Source: a virus | Taxonomy: Duplodnaviria > Caudoviricetes | IMG/VR virus record: IMGVR_UViG_3300037461_000749 | Span: 1 to 27,644 of that record | DNA: 27,644 nucleotides | Strand: one strand, 5' to 3' | Shown here: piece after piece, positions 15,140 through 24,151 of the stretch | Layout: each line of letters opens with the position of its first letter | Numbering within the stretch: position 1 is the first letter of the stretch | Notes under the pieces: generated by a model | Databases searched by the model: none | Seen by the model: the letters and a program-made list of their open reading frames with translations, nothing else | What the model was told of the DNA's origin: nothing | Translations under genes and position numbers: made by a program

Positions 15140-15940
15140 CTACGCCAGCGCCTGCCAGAACTTCTGCCAGAACCCCGCCCGCAGGTTCGGCTCCTGCGGA
15201 TAGTCCGGCGACGGCAGCTGCCGCTTGATGGCGTTGCTCCACGCCCGGTAGCTCATGCCTGCCCGGAAGGTGTCCAGCGCCACGCGGGTGAACGCGCCGT
15301 TGGCCCGCAGGCTCCCGTCCTCCGGACAGCCGAACCACGCGTCGTAGCTGTATTCGTCGTCCTGACACCCCGCCAACAGCACCGCCGGGTAGGGCTGCGA
15401 CACCCGCGCGTAGGCCCGCCCGGTCTGCAACCGCGCAAACTCCTTCGGGGGCAGGAACGTGCCGGGGTGCATGAAACGAATGCGCCGCACCTCGGGCCGG
15501 GACGCCGCCATGCCGAATCGGGTCATCGTGCCGCTGTGGCAGGAGTCCGAGATGACCGCGACCCGCACCCCGCTGGCGCGCACCTTGAGCAAGGTCACCA
15601 GCTCATCGTCGGTGATGATCGCGTCCGGCGTGGCGTTGATGTCCGCTGCCAGCCAGCACTCGTCCACGCCATCGGGTTCGTCGCCGTTCGCGTCCGGCAC
15701 GTAACTGCCATGCCCCGAGTAGTGGATGACGAGGCGATCCCGGTGATGCGCCTCTTGCAGCAGGTGCCGAATGCTCGCCCGGATGTTGGCGCCGGTCGCC
15801 AGCGTATCCGTCAAGGTGAGCGCCTCGTACCCCTGCGCACACAGGAACGCCGCCCAGTCGCGGGCGTCGTTCACGCAGCCGTAGAGGTCGTTCGCGCCGC
15901 CGTAGGTGTTGATGCCGATGCACAGCGCCTTCTTGGCCAT
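15140..15940 (-). CDS. Metacaspase (peptidase C14)
   Basis: AAGGAG RBS; KKALCIGIN..GCVNDA, catalytic YSGHG and DSCHSG, DEPDGVDE, LAGCQDDEYSYDA, GAFT. Confidence 0.93.
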   Translation of the reverse strand: MAKKALCIGINTYGGANDLYGCVNDARDWAAFLCAQGYEALTLTDTLATGANIRASIRHLLQEAHHRDRLVIHYSGHGSYVPDANGDEPDGVDECWLAADINATPDAIITDDELVTLLKVRASGVRVAVISDSCHSGTMTRFGMAASRPEVRRIRFMHPGTFLPPKEFARLQTGRAYARVSQPYPAVLLAGCQDDEYSYDAWFGCPEDGSLRANGAFTRVALDTFRAGMSYRAWSNAIKRQLPSPDYPQEPNLRAGFWQKFWQALA

Positions 15941-15950
15941 CTGCTGCTCC

Positions 15951-16145
15951 TTAGATGTCCGCATCCGATGACGGCGGCGCGACCCGCCGCCGCTTCTGGT
16001 CGTCCAGCTCGCCACGCAGCACGCGGACGTCGCTGGTCAGCTGCCGAATCGCGCGGGCCTGTCCGTCGAGGACTTCCCAGAGATCCCGCGACAACGTGCC
16101 GTCGGTCACCGCCTGTCGCAACCGCACCATATTGGCTTCGTGCAT
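15951..16145 (-). CDS. Hypothetical protein (coiled coil)
   Basis: GAGGTAGG RBS; packed between neighbours. Confidence 0.6.
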   Translation of the reverse strand: MHEANMVRLRQAVTDGTLSRDLWEVLDGQARAIRQLTSDVRVLRGELDDQKRRRVAPPSSDADI

Positions 16146-16148
16146 GAC

Positions 16149-16424
16149 CTACCTCACTGTCAAGGGCAGCGTGTCAATCGCCGCCTCCAGCGCGCGCGCG
16201 GTCCGCACGCCGGACGACTGTTGCGTTTGCGGCAAGCCCGGCTGCTGCGCCTTCGCCAGCGCATCTTCTGCCAAGGCCGCCAAGATGCCGCGCAGCCCAT
16301 GCGTTTCCGCCAAGACCCGCAGCTGAAACCGCGACTCGGGATCCCACGGGCGATTCTCCGCATACGGACGTTCCGCATGAGGCCGCTTCATGGGTGGGGG
16401 GGTAGGCGCAGGCACGTTGGGCAT
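16149..16424 (-). CDS. Hypothetical protein
   Basis: GGAG RBS; packed between neighbours. Confidence 0.6.
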   Translation of the reverse strand: MPNVPAPTPPPMKRPHAERPYAENRPWDPESRFQLRVLAETHGLRGILAALAEDALAKAQQPGLPQTQQSSGVRTARALEAAIDTLPLTVR

Positions 16425-16444
16425 AGAGTTTACTCCAAGTCAAC

Positions 16445-17266
16445 TCACGAAGAAAGGTGTTCGTGGAGCCATGCTTTCGCGGCCCCACGCGCCCCGAGAT
16501 GCACGCTCGCAAGAATCCGAAAGCGCGAATGATAGCACTTGTGACACCAGCGCGGCGCGTGCGGCCCCATCGGGGTTCGCGCCAGACCGAGCATCGCGCG
16601 TGCCCGGCGAGCCAACACCGCGTCCAAGCCCTCCATGAGCACGTTGCCCATCCCACACGCCCCCCGCCAGTCGAAGCAGCAGAGGTGCGCGTTGCCGAAC
16701 GCATCGACGATGAACTCCTTGAACGGCAACAGGCACGGCTTGTCCGTGCGCAGGACACCCCGCGACACCATCCGGCTGTCGAGCTTCCCCGGCGTGACCC
16801 ACACCCCGAGCTGCGCCTCCGCACACCTCGGCGCCCCCACCACGCGCGTCAGCTCCGCGAGGATCTCGGGGTCCGGCGTGTGCGCGCCGCCGTAGTCGGT
16901 GACGCCCACCCAGTCGAACACCGTGAACCCGGACACGTCCTTGGGGAGCACGGTGCCGTTGGTGATGAGCAACGCCTTCGCCAGCGGCGCCCGCTGCTTC
17001 CCCTCCGCCACCAGCCACAACAGCCGATCCGTTTCCAGCGTCGGCTCGTTGTAGTAGCTGAAGTTCAGGAAGCCCTGAAAGCCCTCCGCCCCGAACGCAC
17101 TGATGATCCCCAGCATGTCCGCGTCGGTGAGCCGCCGCAGCCGGGACAGTCCGTCGTATCGAGCCAGCCCGAGCGCGTTGGGGCAGAGCGTGTGCGCCCC
17201 GCCCAAGTTGCAGGCCACGCCCATTTCGAGGCTGAGGATCTGGAGCGTCGAAGCCAGCGTGGTCAT
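16445..17266 (-). CDS. Radical SAM-like protein with SPASM/twitch domain and atypical cluster motif
   Basis: ATGA overlap; LEMGVACNLGGAHTLCPN, FSYYNEPTL, LITNG; C-terminal CLLPF..VDAFGNAHLCCFDW..GNV..CHKC. Confidence 0.75.
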   Translation of the reverse strand: MTTLASTLQILSLEMGVACNLGGAHTLCPNALGLARYDGLSRLRRLTDADMLGIISAFGAEGFQGFLNFSYYNEPTLETDRLLWLVAEGKQRAPLAKALLITNGTVLPKDVSGFTVFDWVGVTDYGGAHTPDPEILAELTRVVGAPRCAEAQLGVWVTPGKLDSRMVSRGVLRTDKPCLLPFKEFIVDAFGNAHLCCFDWRGACGMGNVLMEGLDAVLARRARAMLGLARTPMGPHAPRWCHKCYHSRFRILASVHLGARGAAKAWLHEHLSS

Positions 17267-17904
17267 GTCGTGACCCACAGGAAGGAGCGCTCCTTGTCCC
17301 GCACTTCGCCGGGTCGCACCCGATGCCGCCCCAGCACGAACCACGGGCTGATGCCGTAGGACTTCGTCCACCCCTGCACGGCGACCGACACCCGGTTGTC
17401 GGCGTAGAAGCGGTCCTCGTAGTCATGGCCCGCCACGATGCCGCCCACACGCACCTTCGGCACCCACAGCGCCAAGTCCGCGACCACGTTCTCGAACCAG
17501 TGCGTTGCGTCCAAGTACACGAAGTCCAGACTCGCGTTGGGCACATACCGCGCCGCGTCCGCGCTCCACATGCGCAGGTAGGTCACCGCATACGGCGCGA
17601 GGCGCTCCCGCGTGTGCGCGTAGGCTTCCGGGAGGTCCGGCGGGAACGGCTGGCCGCCCTTGAAGTGCGGGTTCTGGCCTTGGCGCGTCACCCACGAGTC
17701 CACGCACGTCAACTGGAGGCCGGGAATCCCCCGACACAGCTGCTCGGAGTAGTCCCCGTGATAGACGCCAATCTCCGCCCCGGTCCGATAGCCCCGCCGC
17801 CGGAACAGCTCCGGCAAGTCATCCCGGCTGGCGCCCTTGATGACCACCGGGAGGTCCGGGGCGTCGCCCCACGGACGCGCCTCCATATACGCCTGCAAGT
17901 CCAT
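17263..17904 (-). CDS. Class I SAM methyltransferase (Methyltransf_24-like)
   Basis: GAEIGVYHG, CVDSW, SLDFVYLDATH, WVPKVRVGGIVAGHDY; TGATG overlap. Confidence 0.88.
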   Translation of the reverse strand: MDLQAYMEARPWGDAPDLPVVIKGASRDDLPELFRRRGYRTGAEIGVYHGDYSEQLCRGIPGLQLTCVDSWVTRQGQNPHFKGGQPFPPDLPEAYAHTRERLAPYAVTYLRMWSADAARYVPNASLDFVYLDATHWFENVVADLALWVPKVRVGGIVAGHDYEDRFYADNRVSVAVQGWTKSYGISPWFVLGRHRVRPGEVRDKERSFLWVTT

Positions 17905-18713
17905 CACCCGCCCCACGCGGCAGAGAGCGCCGCCTCCACCGCCGGATGCCGGTTGTACTGATGCACGATGGCCGGGCGCCGCTCCCCCAGCCAGACGGCC
18001 CCATCCTCCCACCGCACCGTCGCGGGGTCCGCATAGCCGAGATGCGCCACCTCCGCGTTGGGGTAGGGCACCACCCGCACGCCGTCCGGGTAGGTGTAGG
18101 CGTACCACGTGGGGAACGCTTGGTCGAACCCGTGCCGCACCGGCGCCTTCGCCCGCGCGGTGCCATGGAAGTGGTCGAGATAGGCCAGCATCGCATCCGG
18201 CGTGCCGCCCAACACCCCCGCGCAGATGACGGGTCGCGGCAGCAGCCGCGCGGCGTCAGCGGGGAACGTCTCGGCCACCCACTTGGCGTTGAACCGGCAC
18301 GCAGCGATGATCTGGTTCTCCTGCCACACCGTGAAGCGGGGGTCCGCCTCGACCACCCCGGACGGCGGCGCCTGCCACACCACGTCGAAGGTGTCGGTCA
18401 CCAGCACGCGGTCCGCCGCCGCGCGCGCCCCGGCCCACAGCTGGCAGGCCAGAAACCGGCGATTGTTGAGGTCCATGGGCGGCCACGCGTGCTCCGCCTC
18501 CAGCGCCCGCAGGTCCACGGACTCCACCCCATGGGCATCGCACAGCGCCCGCAGGGCGGCATCCTCCGGCGATCCGTTGAGCATGACCACCCGCGCCTCG
18601 GGGGCGTGCGCCCGGAGGCTCCGCACCCACACCGCCACGCCCCGGCGTGCCCGCTCCACCACCGAGGGCCGCCGAGGGGGAAGTTCCACGGTGCCGATCA
18701 CGAGCAGGCGCAT
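17904..18713 (-). CDS. Putative GT-A fold glycosyltransferase
   Basis: RRFLA..RVLVTDTFDVVWQ (DxD-like), ICAGVLGG, DQA, IVHQYNRH. Confidence 0.7.
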   Translation of the reverse strand: MRLLVIGTVELPPRRPSVVERARRGVAVWVRSLRAHAPEARVVMLNGSPEDAALRALCDAHGVESVDLRALEAEHAWPPMDLNNRRFLACQLWAGARAAADRVLVTDTFDVVWQAPPSGVVEADPRFTVWQENQIIAACRFNAKWVAETFPADAARLLPRPVICAGVLGGTPDAMLAYLDHFHGTARAKAPVRHGFDQAFPTWYAYTYPDGVRVVPYPNAEVAHLGYADPATVRWEDGAVWLGERRPAIVHQYNRHPAVEAALSAAWGG

Positions 18714-19510
18714 GGCGCCTCCACGGACAGGAGCTGCGCGGCGTACCGGTCGGGATGCCGTTGCACCTCCTCCGGCAGCTGGTCCAACCCCACGATGCGA
18801 AACTGTTGCGCCGAGGCCCAATCCCGACGCGTCGCGATCCGGTGCGCCAACTCCGCCACGCTCCACCGTCCGCCGAACTCGTCGGCATGCACGAACGCGG
18901 CGAGTTTCCGGTGCACCGCCTCCGGCCCCCCCAAGAACGAGAAGTGCCAGCCCCCCGGCACCGCCGGGATCGGGAACCGGGTGTGTTTCCGCCGCACCTC
19001 ATACCGGAACCGCTGCGCCCCCCACCGCCGGACCAGCCCCACCGGGGCCAAGGCGATGCAGGGCCAGCCCGCGCGCGTCCACAGATTCAGGTAGTAGTAG
19101 AAACACGCCGTCGCGAACGTCACCCAGCCGTCGGCGGGCACCCGTGGCGCCCATGCCGCCACGAGGTGCGGGTCGGCAATCTCGTCAGCGTCGGCGAGGA
19201 GCGCGAGGTCGGTGGGGGCGGCGTCCGCGAGAAGCGCCGCCATCGCGTGACGCGGGGCGTGCTCGCGGGTCCAGTTGGGGCGGTCGGTCTGGTCAGCCCC
19301 CACCACGGGCGGCAACACGACCGTAGACAGCCGCCCCGCCCACGGACGCCAACGCGGCTCGGCCACGTCCAGATAGATGGGCTTGGGCTGGCCCGCATGG
19401 GTTTCCTCCGCCTGCACGGCGATGAACCGGTCCACCACGCCGTCCAACACGCGGAGCCGTAACTCCAACACATCCAGCTCGTTGAAGAACGGGAACAGGT
19501 CGTAGATCAC
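18698..19510 (-). CDS. GT17-like glycosyltransferase (beta-1,4-N-acetylglucosaminyltransferase family)
   Basis: IYDLFPFFNELDVLELRL..VDRF, DADEI, GGWHFSFLGG. Confidence 0.88.
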   Translation of the reverse strand: MIYDLFPFFNELDVLELRLRVLDGVVDRFIAVQAEETHAGQPKPIYLDVAEPRWRPWAGRLSTVVLPPVVGADQTDRPNWTREHAPRHAMAALLADAAPTDLALLADADEIADPHLVAAWAPRVPADGWVTFATACFYYYLNLWTRAGWPCIALAPVGLVRRWGAQRFRYEVRRKHTRFPIPAVPGGWHFSFLGGPEAVHRKLAAFVHADEFGGRWSVAELAHRIATRRDWASAQQFRIVGLDQLPEEVQRHPDRYAAQLLSVEAPCACS

Positions 19511-19629
19511 AGCCAGCGCTTCGCCAGATGCGCGACGAACAGGTACAGCACGGCGGCAATCGCCACAATCAGGATGGGCCGGATCTCGATCAAGAGGCTC
19601 ATCATGTAGTCAGTCAGGCGAGGGTCCAC
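19507..19629 (-). CDS. Small membrane protein (40 aa)
   Basis: AGGAGG RBS with GTG start; hydrophobic ILIVAIAAVLYLFVA; GTGA overlap with the next gene. Confidence 0.6.
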   Translation of the reverse strand: MDPRLTDYMMSLLIEIRPILIVAIAAVLYLFVAHLAKRWL

Positions 19630-19639
19630 TGGCACCTCC

Positions 19640-20257
19640 TTACGGCTGCACCCAGAACCACGACGGGTTCCTGTCCCGTCGGATGGGGTCGAACACGAAC
19701 AGCGGGCCAAGACCGTGGCCCGCCATGAAAGTGTCTACCGCCCGCACCACCTCCACCGGCAGCTCGTGCTCGTGCGGCAAGAACGCCCGATAGTCGTGCC
19801 CGCTCACGATCCCGCCCGACCGCACCTTCGGGGTCCACAGCTGGAGGTCGGCCCGGACCCCCGAGTAGGTGTGGTCCCCGTCGATGTAGACGAAATCGAG
19901 GCTGCCGTCCGGCACCGTGCTGGCGACGTTGTCGCTCCAGTCGTGCGCGAGGGTGCAGTGGGGATACGCCGCGAGCCGTCCGTACGCCCGACGCTCGGCC
20001 AGTTCAAACCGCTCCGGGTGCGGGTTCGCGCACATCCGGGCATAGAGCGCCCACACGTCCACGGTGGTGAGGTGAAGCTGAGGGTTAGCCTGACACAGGA
20101 TTTCCGCGAACTCCCCTTCCCAGCAGCCGATCTCCACGCCGCGCGTGAAGCCCAACTCGAAGAACAGGGCCGCGAGTCCCGCGCGGCCCCGACGCGGAAT
20201 GCGGGTCTGGTCCGGCGCCAGCTCAAAGTAGGCCCGCACCGCCTCCAGCGTCGTCAT
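19640..20257 (-). CDS. Class I SAM methyltransferase (Methyltransf_24-like), paralog of 17263-17904
   Basis: GVEIGCWEG, SLDFVYIDGDH, WTPKVRSGGIVSGHDY. Confidence 0.88.
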   Translation of the reverse strand: MTTLEAVRAYFELAPDQTRIPRRGRAGLAALFFELGFTRGVEIGCWEGEFAEILCQANPQLHLTTVDVWALYARMCANPHPERFELAERRAYGRLAAYPHCTLAHDWSDNVASTVPDGSLDFVYIDGDHTYSGVRADLQLWTPKVRSGGIVSGHDYRAFLPHEHELPVEVVRAVDTFMAGHGLGPLFVFDPIRRDRNPSWFWVQP

Positions 20258-20853
20258 CGCACGGCCTCAACCTCGTCCGACCACTCGATCCGGAAGTCGT
20301 CCGCGTCTGTCAGGGTGGCGAACCACCCCGGCGGCACGAGGTCCGCGTCTTGGCGGTGGAACAGGGTGGGGAACCCCGACCGGCGGTAGATCCGGGTCGC
20401 CAGCTCCGAACAGAACTGCCGCGTCATCGACGGACGGCCCAGCGTGAAGAAGCGAAACAGCCCCCACAGATCATAGGCTTGGCCTCGCGCATGGCCGTCG
20501 AACCAGAACAACCCCTCGGCGAGGTTGAGTTTGGCCGGGTTGGGCCGGAGCACCATCCCCAGATGCTCGTAGGTGGCGAGGTAGTACCGCACCCCGCCAT
20601 CGTACCGCGCCGCGACCACCACCCCCGGCCCCACCACGACTTCCACGTGGCTCCACCGGGACCACGACTTCAGGGCGATGAGATGCCCCATGAGGGAGTG
20701 GGGGCGATAGAGGAGGAGGTCGCCCGCCTGCGCCACGACCGGCGGGCACGCCCCACACGCGCAGCTGGCATCTGTTCCACGTGGAACGGCCCGAGCCTTG
20801 ATCCGGCGAGAGATCGCGCCCCAGCTGCCGCCTGACGCCGCCTGCGGGGCCAT
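20254..20853 (-). CDS. Permuted papain-like NlpC/P60 enzyme (YiiX/YaeF-like)
   Basis: GDLLLY..WSHVEVVVG..GVR, GQAYD, QFCSELA (His before Cys); TGATG overlap. Confidence 0.8.
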   Translation of the reverse strand: MAPQAASGGSWGAISRRIKARAVPRGTDASCACGACPPVVAQAGDLLLYRPHSLMGHLIALKSWSRWSHVEVVVGPGVVVAARYDGGVRYYLATYEHLGMVLRPNPAKLNLAEGLFWFDGHARGQAYDLWGLFRFFTLGRPSMTRQFCSELATRIYRRSGFPTLFHRQDADLVPPGWFATLTDADDFRIEWSDEVEAVR

Positions 20854-21035
20854 CAGTGGACCCGCGCCGACGTGGCGACCACGGGCGGTTTCGCCGACGG
20901 CCGCCGCCGTTGAATGGCCCGGCACCGGGGGCACGTGAGCCGACGCCCCGGCTCCGCCTCCAGCCGTCGGCGCAGGTGGACCCCCTGACAGCTGGCGCAC
21001 CGCGCCAACAGGCTCTTGAGGGTGTCCGTGGTCAT
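20853..21035 (-). CDS. Small Zn-ribbon protein
   Basis: CASC..CPRC; overlapping start/stop codons on both sides. Confidence 0.6.
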   Translation of the reverse strand: MTTDTLKSLLARCASCQGVHLRRRLEAEPGRRLTCPRCRAIQRRRPSAKPPVVATSARVH

Positions 21036-21238
21036 GACTCACCGCCTCTCTGGCCCCGGTGGGCGTTCGAAGCGCGAAAAGGCATGCTGGAGCGCCGGGC
21101 GTCCCTCCTCACGTACCCACACGGTACGCAGGACGAACGTGATGCCCGGATCCACAGGCCATCGCGCTTCTTCCTCCCAACCCACCACAGGCTGCTGTCG
21201 TCCCTGCTCGTCACCCACCGGTCGCCCCCACTACGCAA
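21032..21238 (-). CDS. Hypothetical protein
   Basis: Fills the gap with overlaps on both sides; no recognisable motif. Confidence 0.4.
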   Translation of the reverse strand: MRSGGDRWVTSRDDSSLWWVGRKKRDGLWIRASRSSCVPCGYVRRDARRSSMPFRASNAHRGQRGGES

Positions 21239-21815
21239 TCGTCGTCATCCACCGATGCAGGTAGGCCGCGCCCATCTGCTTCGCCCGGTGCTCCTGCAAG
21301 GTAAACAGCTTCGGCACGCACGCTGTCACGGTCGCCCGAATCGCCTCCCCGCGCGCCTCTTGCCCGGCCACCTTGCGAATGTCCCACGCCACCGCCAGCC
21401 CCTGCACCTTCCGGATCTCGCCAGAAGCACAGAGGTTTTCCAGAATGTCGCACTCGGCGCCTTCACAGTTCATCCGCATCACGACGGTGTCCGGCGCCGC
21501 CAAGTGCTGCCGGAACCACTCGCTTGCCGAGACCAGCGCCACCTGCGACTCTCGCACCGCCCCCCTAAACCGCTTCTCCCGATAGATGCTCGCCGAGGCC
21601 AGCCGGTGTCCCCGGTAGAACGGCACGATCCCGGTCGTATTCCCCAGCCCGAACGGAAACGCCATGACCCGTGGGTCCGTCACGCTCTCGCAGAGGGCTT
21701 CGTACAGCCCGCGTTGCGGTTCGAAGCAGTAGTACCGGTCGAACACCCACGGACTCGCCAGCACCTGTCGAATGACGGTGCCATCGTAGGCGCCCACATC
21801 GAGGAACACCCTCAT
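21231..21815 (-). CDS. FkbM-family methyltransferase
   Basis: MRVFLDVGAYDG, YCFEP, FPFGLG, MRMNCEGAECDIL; ATGA overlap. Confidence 0.85.
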   Translation of the reverse strand: MRVFLDVGAYDGTVIRQVLASPWVFDRYYCFEPQRGLYEALCESVTDPRVMAFPFGLGNTTGIVPFYRGHRLASASIYREKRFRGAVRESQVALVSASEWFRQHLAAPDTVVMRMNCEGAECDILENLCASGEIRKVQGLAVAWDIRKVAGQEARGEAIRATVTACVPKLFTLQEHRAKQMGAAYLHRWMTTIA

Positions 21816-22594
21816 TCGGCCTCCGGCGTCCCCGCCGCTGCCCCCACCCACGCCCGCTCGCCATCGCTCACCAAGTCCAAGTCTTGCAGCGCCCCGGCCG
21901 CCCGCAAGCGGTTCCGCAGCGTCACCGCGTCCGGCACCGTCAGGGCCAGCGTCCCCAGCCGCCGCTCCATCAGCCCATTCTCTTGCGCCAAAATGATTTG
22001 CAGCTGTCGGCACTGGATGGCCGTCCGCAAGCACGTCATCCGGGTCCGCGCCGTCAGGATCGGCGACACCGGGCGCGTGACCGTTTCCTTCTTGCCGTCC
22101 TTCCCGACCTTCTCCACTTGCTCGACGAGCGTGCCCAGCCGGGTGAACTCCAGCATCGCCAAGCTCTCGCCGTCCCGATACAGCTCGACCGACTCCCCGA
22201 TCATCTCAGCGGGGTCGAACGTCGGCTGTGGCCCGTACGAGGCCCGCCAGCTCTCCCGCCACCACTTCAGGTCGCGGCTGACGGTGGACACATCCACCCC
22301 GACCACTGCCGCAATCGCCGACTCCGTCATCTTCCGGAAGCGCAGCTGAAGCACACGCTGGCGCCGTAGTTCCACGTCCCCCGGCTCCCCCGGCATGAAC
22401 CCCCCCGCTGGGATCGCCAGTTCTTCGCCGGGCGGGGGCGGCGGCGGTGGCTCGCCGGGCGGCGCAGGCGCGAGCGGCGGATCCGCCGACACAGGCTTCG
22501 CCAGAAGCCCATCGACAAACGACTTGAGCTGGTCCAATGAAGGCTGCGACGCCATCGACTCGGGTCCGGGGAAAGGAGCGCGAGTGCCGGTCAC
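21812..22594 (-). CDS. HTH protein, probable terminase small subunit
   Basis: RRQRVLQLRFRKMTESAIAAVVGVDVSTVSRDL HTH followed by helices; first gene after the intergenic gap, upstream of TerL. Alternative start at 22555. Confidence 0.6.
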   Translation of the reverse strand: MTGTRAPFPGPESMASQPSLDQLKSFVDGLLAKPVSADPPLAPAPPGEPPPPPPPGEELAIPAGGFMPGEPGDVELRRQRVLQLRFRKMTESAIAAVVGVDVSTVSRDLKWWRESWRASYGPQPTFDPAEMIGESVELYRDGESLAMLEFTRLGTLVEQVEKVGKDGKKETVTRPVSPILTARTRMTCLRTAIQCRQLQIILAQENGLMERRLGTLALTVPDAVTLRNRLRAAGALQDLDLVSDGERAWVGAAAGTPEAE

Positions 22595-22651
22595 GCCCCG
22601 CTGAATGTGGTGCCGAGGAGGCTAACCCTCTACCGTCTACGGCTTTGCGAC

Positions 22652-22680
22652 ACTCTGCGCCTTTTCGCGCCGCTTGTCAA
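22652..22680 (-). promoter_or_regulatory. Candidate sigma70-type promoter for the packaging/head operon
   Basis: TTGACA (22675-22680), 17-nt spacer, then CAGAGT (weak -10), in the only sizeable intergenic gap (22595-22788). Confidence 0.5.
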
Positions 22681-22788
22681 GCGCCTCTTGGAAAATTCCC
22701 AACCTTGCACGCTTTGCATCCGGAGTCGCCAAACGGCCCCGAATCTTCGTGCTAGTCGCTCAACCGACGCTGTCGCGACGCCTCAGTG

Positions 22789-23265
22789 TCAGAGAATTGG
22801 CGCGTCGCCCCACCACCCGAGGGCGCCACCGACGACCATGCCGATGGTGCCGAGCAGGATGACGAAGGCCAGCGCGAGCAGGACGGTGACGACGACATCC
22901 ACCACGAGGTCCACTGGGCGGCCACCGGGAGAGCCGGTGACCGGCGACGGCGGGGGGCGAGTCGAGGCGGGGATGGGGGTGGGGACGAGGGAGAACCCGG
23001 CCCGCCCGATGCGCACGGTGGGGGCCAGCCCGCCCACGGACGCGCTCGTGCTGGGCATCTTGGCGCAGCCCTCCAAGGGGCCGTCGGGATGGCAGTCCTG
23101 CTCCCAGCCGGGGGTGGCGTCCTCGGGCGGGGGGTCCAGCCGCAGCCGTTCCCACTCCTCACGGGTGGGGAGGGTGTCGTAGGAACCCGCGACGGGGACA
23201 TAGACATCCCGCCACGAGCCATCGGGCATCTGCTCCCGGAGTCCGGTGTTGCGCCAGCGCGTCAT
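22789..23265 (-). CDS. Hypothetical membrane protein (C-terminal TM segment)
   Basis: GGAGG RBS with ATGA overlap; long hydrophobic C-terminus. Confidence 0.6.
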   Translation of the reverse strand: MTRWRNTGLREQMPDGSWRDVYVPVAGSYDTLPTREEWERLRLDPPPEDATPGWEQDCHPDGPLEGCAKMPSTSASVGGLAPTVRIGRAGFSLVPTPIPASTRPPPSPVTGSPGGRPVDLVVDVVVTVLLALAFVILLGTIGMVVGGALGWWGDAPIL

Positions 23266-23438
23266 CGGTCCTCCGTCGCGTCGGCCCGGCCCACCCGAGA
23301 CTGGGTATGCCAGAGCAACGTCTGCGTCCGCTGGAGGAGGCGGGTGTACCGAGCCTTGCGCCGCTCGTGGTAGTGGACTTGCCGGACGCAGGTGCGAATG
23401 GCCCACTTCAAGGCCCACAGATAGAGGCGCTCAGCCAT
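23262..23438 (-). CDS. Hypothetical basic protein
   Basis: GAAGGGG RBS before MAERLYLW; overlaps neighbours. Confidence 0.5.
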   Translation of the reverse strand: MAERLYLWALKWAIRTCVRQVHYHERRKARYTRLLQRTQTLLWHTQSRVGRADATEDR

Positions 23439-23682
23439 TCGGCCCCTTCGCGTCCGTCTGGCGGGACAGCGTGGCGACCTGCCGCTCCAGCTGCTCCACG
23501 CGCGCGACCAAGGCGCGCACCGTCTGGACCAGCGAGCCGTCGGCGGCGGGGGCGCCCCCGAGGGACCGGATGCCGCTGTCGCTGTCGTGCTCCACGTCCT
23601 CGTGCTCCGCGCCCTCGTTCCCCTCGGGTCCATCGGTCAGCGTGTTATAGCCCAACGTCTTGATGCCCAGTCCCCACCCCAT
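23431..23682 (-). CDS. Hypothetical protein (C-terminal coiled coil)
   Basis: AAAGGAGG RBS before MGWGLG. Confidence 0.55.
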   Translation of the reverse strand: MGWGLGIKTLGYNTLTDGPEGNEGAEHEDVEHDSDSGIRSLGGAPAADGSLVQTVRALVARVEQLERQVATLSRQTDAKGPNG

Positions 23683-24151
23683 CACCCCTCCTTTGGACGT
23701 AGCGGGACCACGCGGCGGCGAAACATGTGTCCCGGTCGTCGTTCCATATTTCGCTCGCCATCGCCGCGCTTCCGGCTTCCCAGAACCATCGCGCCGCCCG
23801 CTCCACCTCCGCACATACCGGGCATGCCGCATCGCGTGCGTCGCCATGCTCACGGTTCCACAGATGCCCACAGTCACCACGCCACGTTCCAAACGGCGGC
23901 CCGTACTTTGCGGTCAACCGCTCCACCTCCGCACGGGCGGCGGTGAGGGCGGACTCGGCCTGCTCGGCACGCCGTAGAGCGGTTTCTACACTGTCAGCGT
24001 ATGTCGCTCGTAGGGCGTATTGCTGGGCCAGTTCCTTCCGCGCCTCGGCCAGTTCCCGCTCCACCCGCTTGCAGTTCCCGCATGGCTCTGGCGCTGGATA
24101 CATCTCCAGACAAGACGAGCAACCGCACCCCGGCCCTTCGTGGTGGCTCAT
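23645..24151 (-). CDS. Mosaic array protein (Cys pairs; ERELAEAR, ARAEVER and AAWSRY modules)
   Basis: Starts at junction repeat J1. Confidence 0.75.
   Translation of the reverse strand: MSHHEGPGCGCSSCLEMYPAPEPCGNCKRVERELAEARKELAQQYALRATYADSVETALRRAEQAESALTAARAEVERLTAKYGPPFGTWRGDCGHLWNREHGDARDAACPVCAEVERAARWFWEAGSAAMASEIWNDDRDTCFAAAWSRYVQRRGDGVGTGHQDVGL

Noticed and set aside
17263-20257. Two similar methyltransferases as a DGR template/variable repeat pair
   Set aside because: They look like ordinary diverged paralogs, and no reverse transcriptase is present in the window.
17-22349. Long plus-strand ORFs (e.g. 1679-2941, 5829-7520, 8952-10490, 10496-11845, 20856-22349)
   Set aside because: Antisense shadows of high-GC minus-strand genes; R/H/P-rich, with no recognisable motifs.
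14993-23265. Small membrane proteins as holins or a lysis cassette
   Set aside because: No recognisable endolysin or spanin nearby; evidence insufficient.
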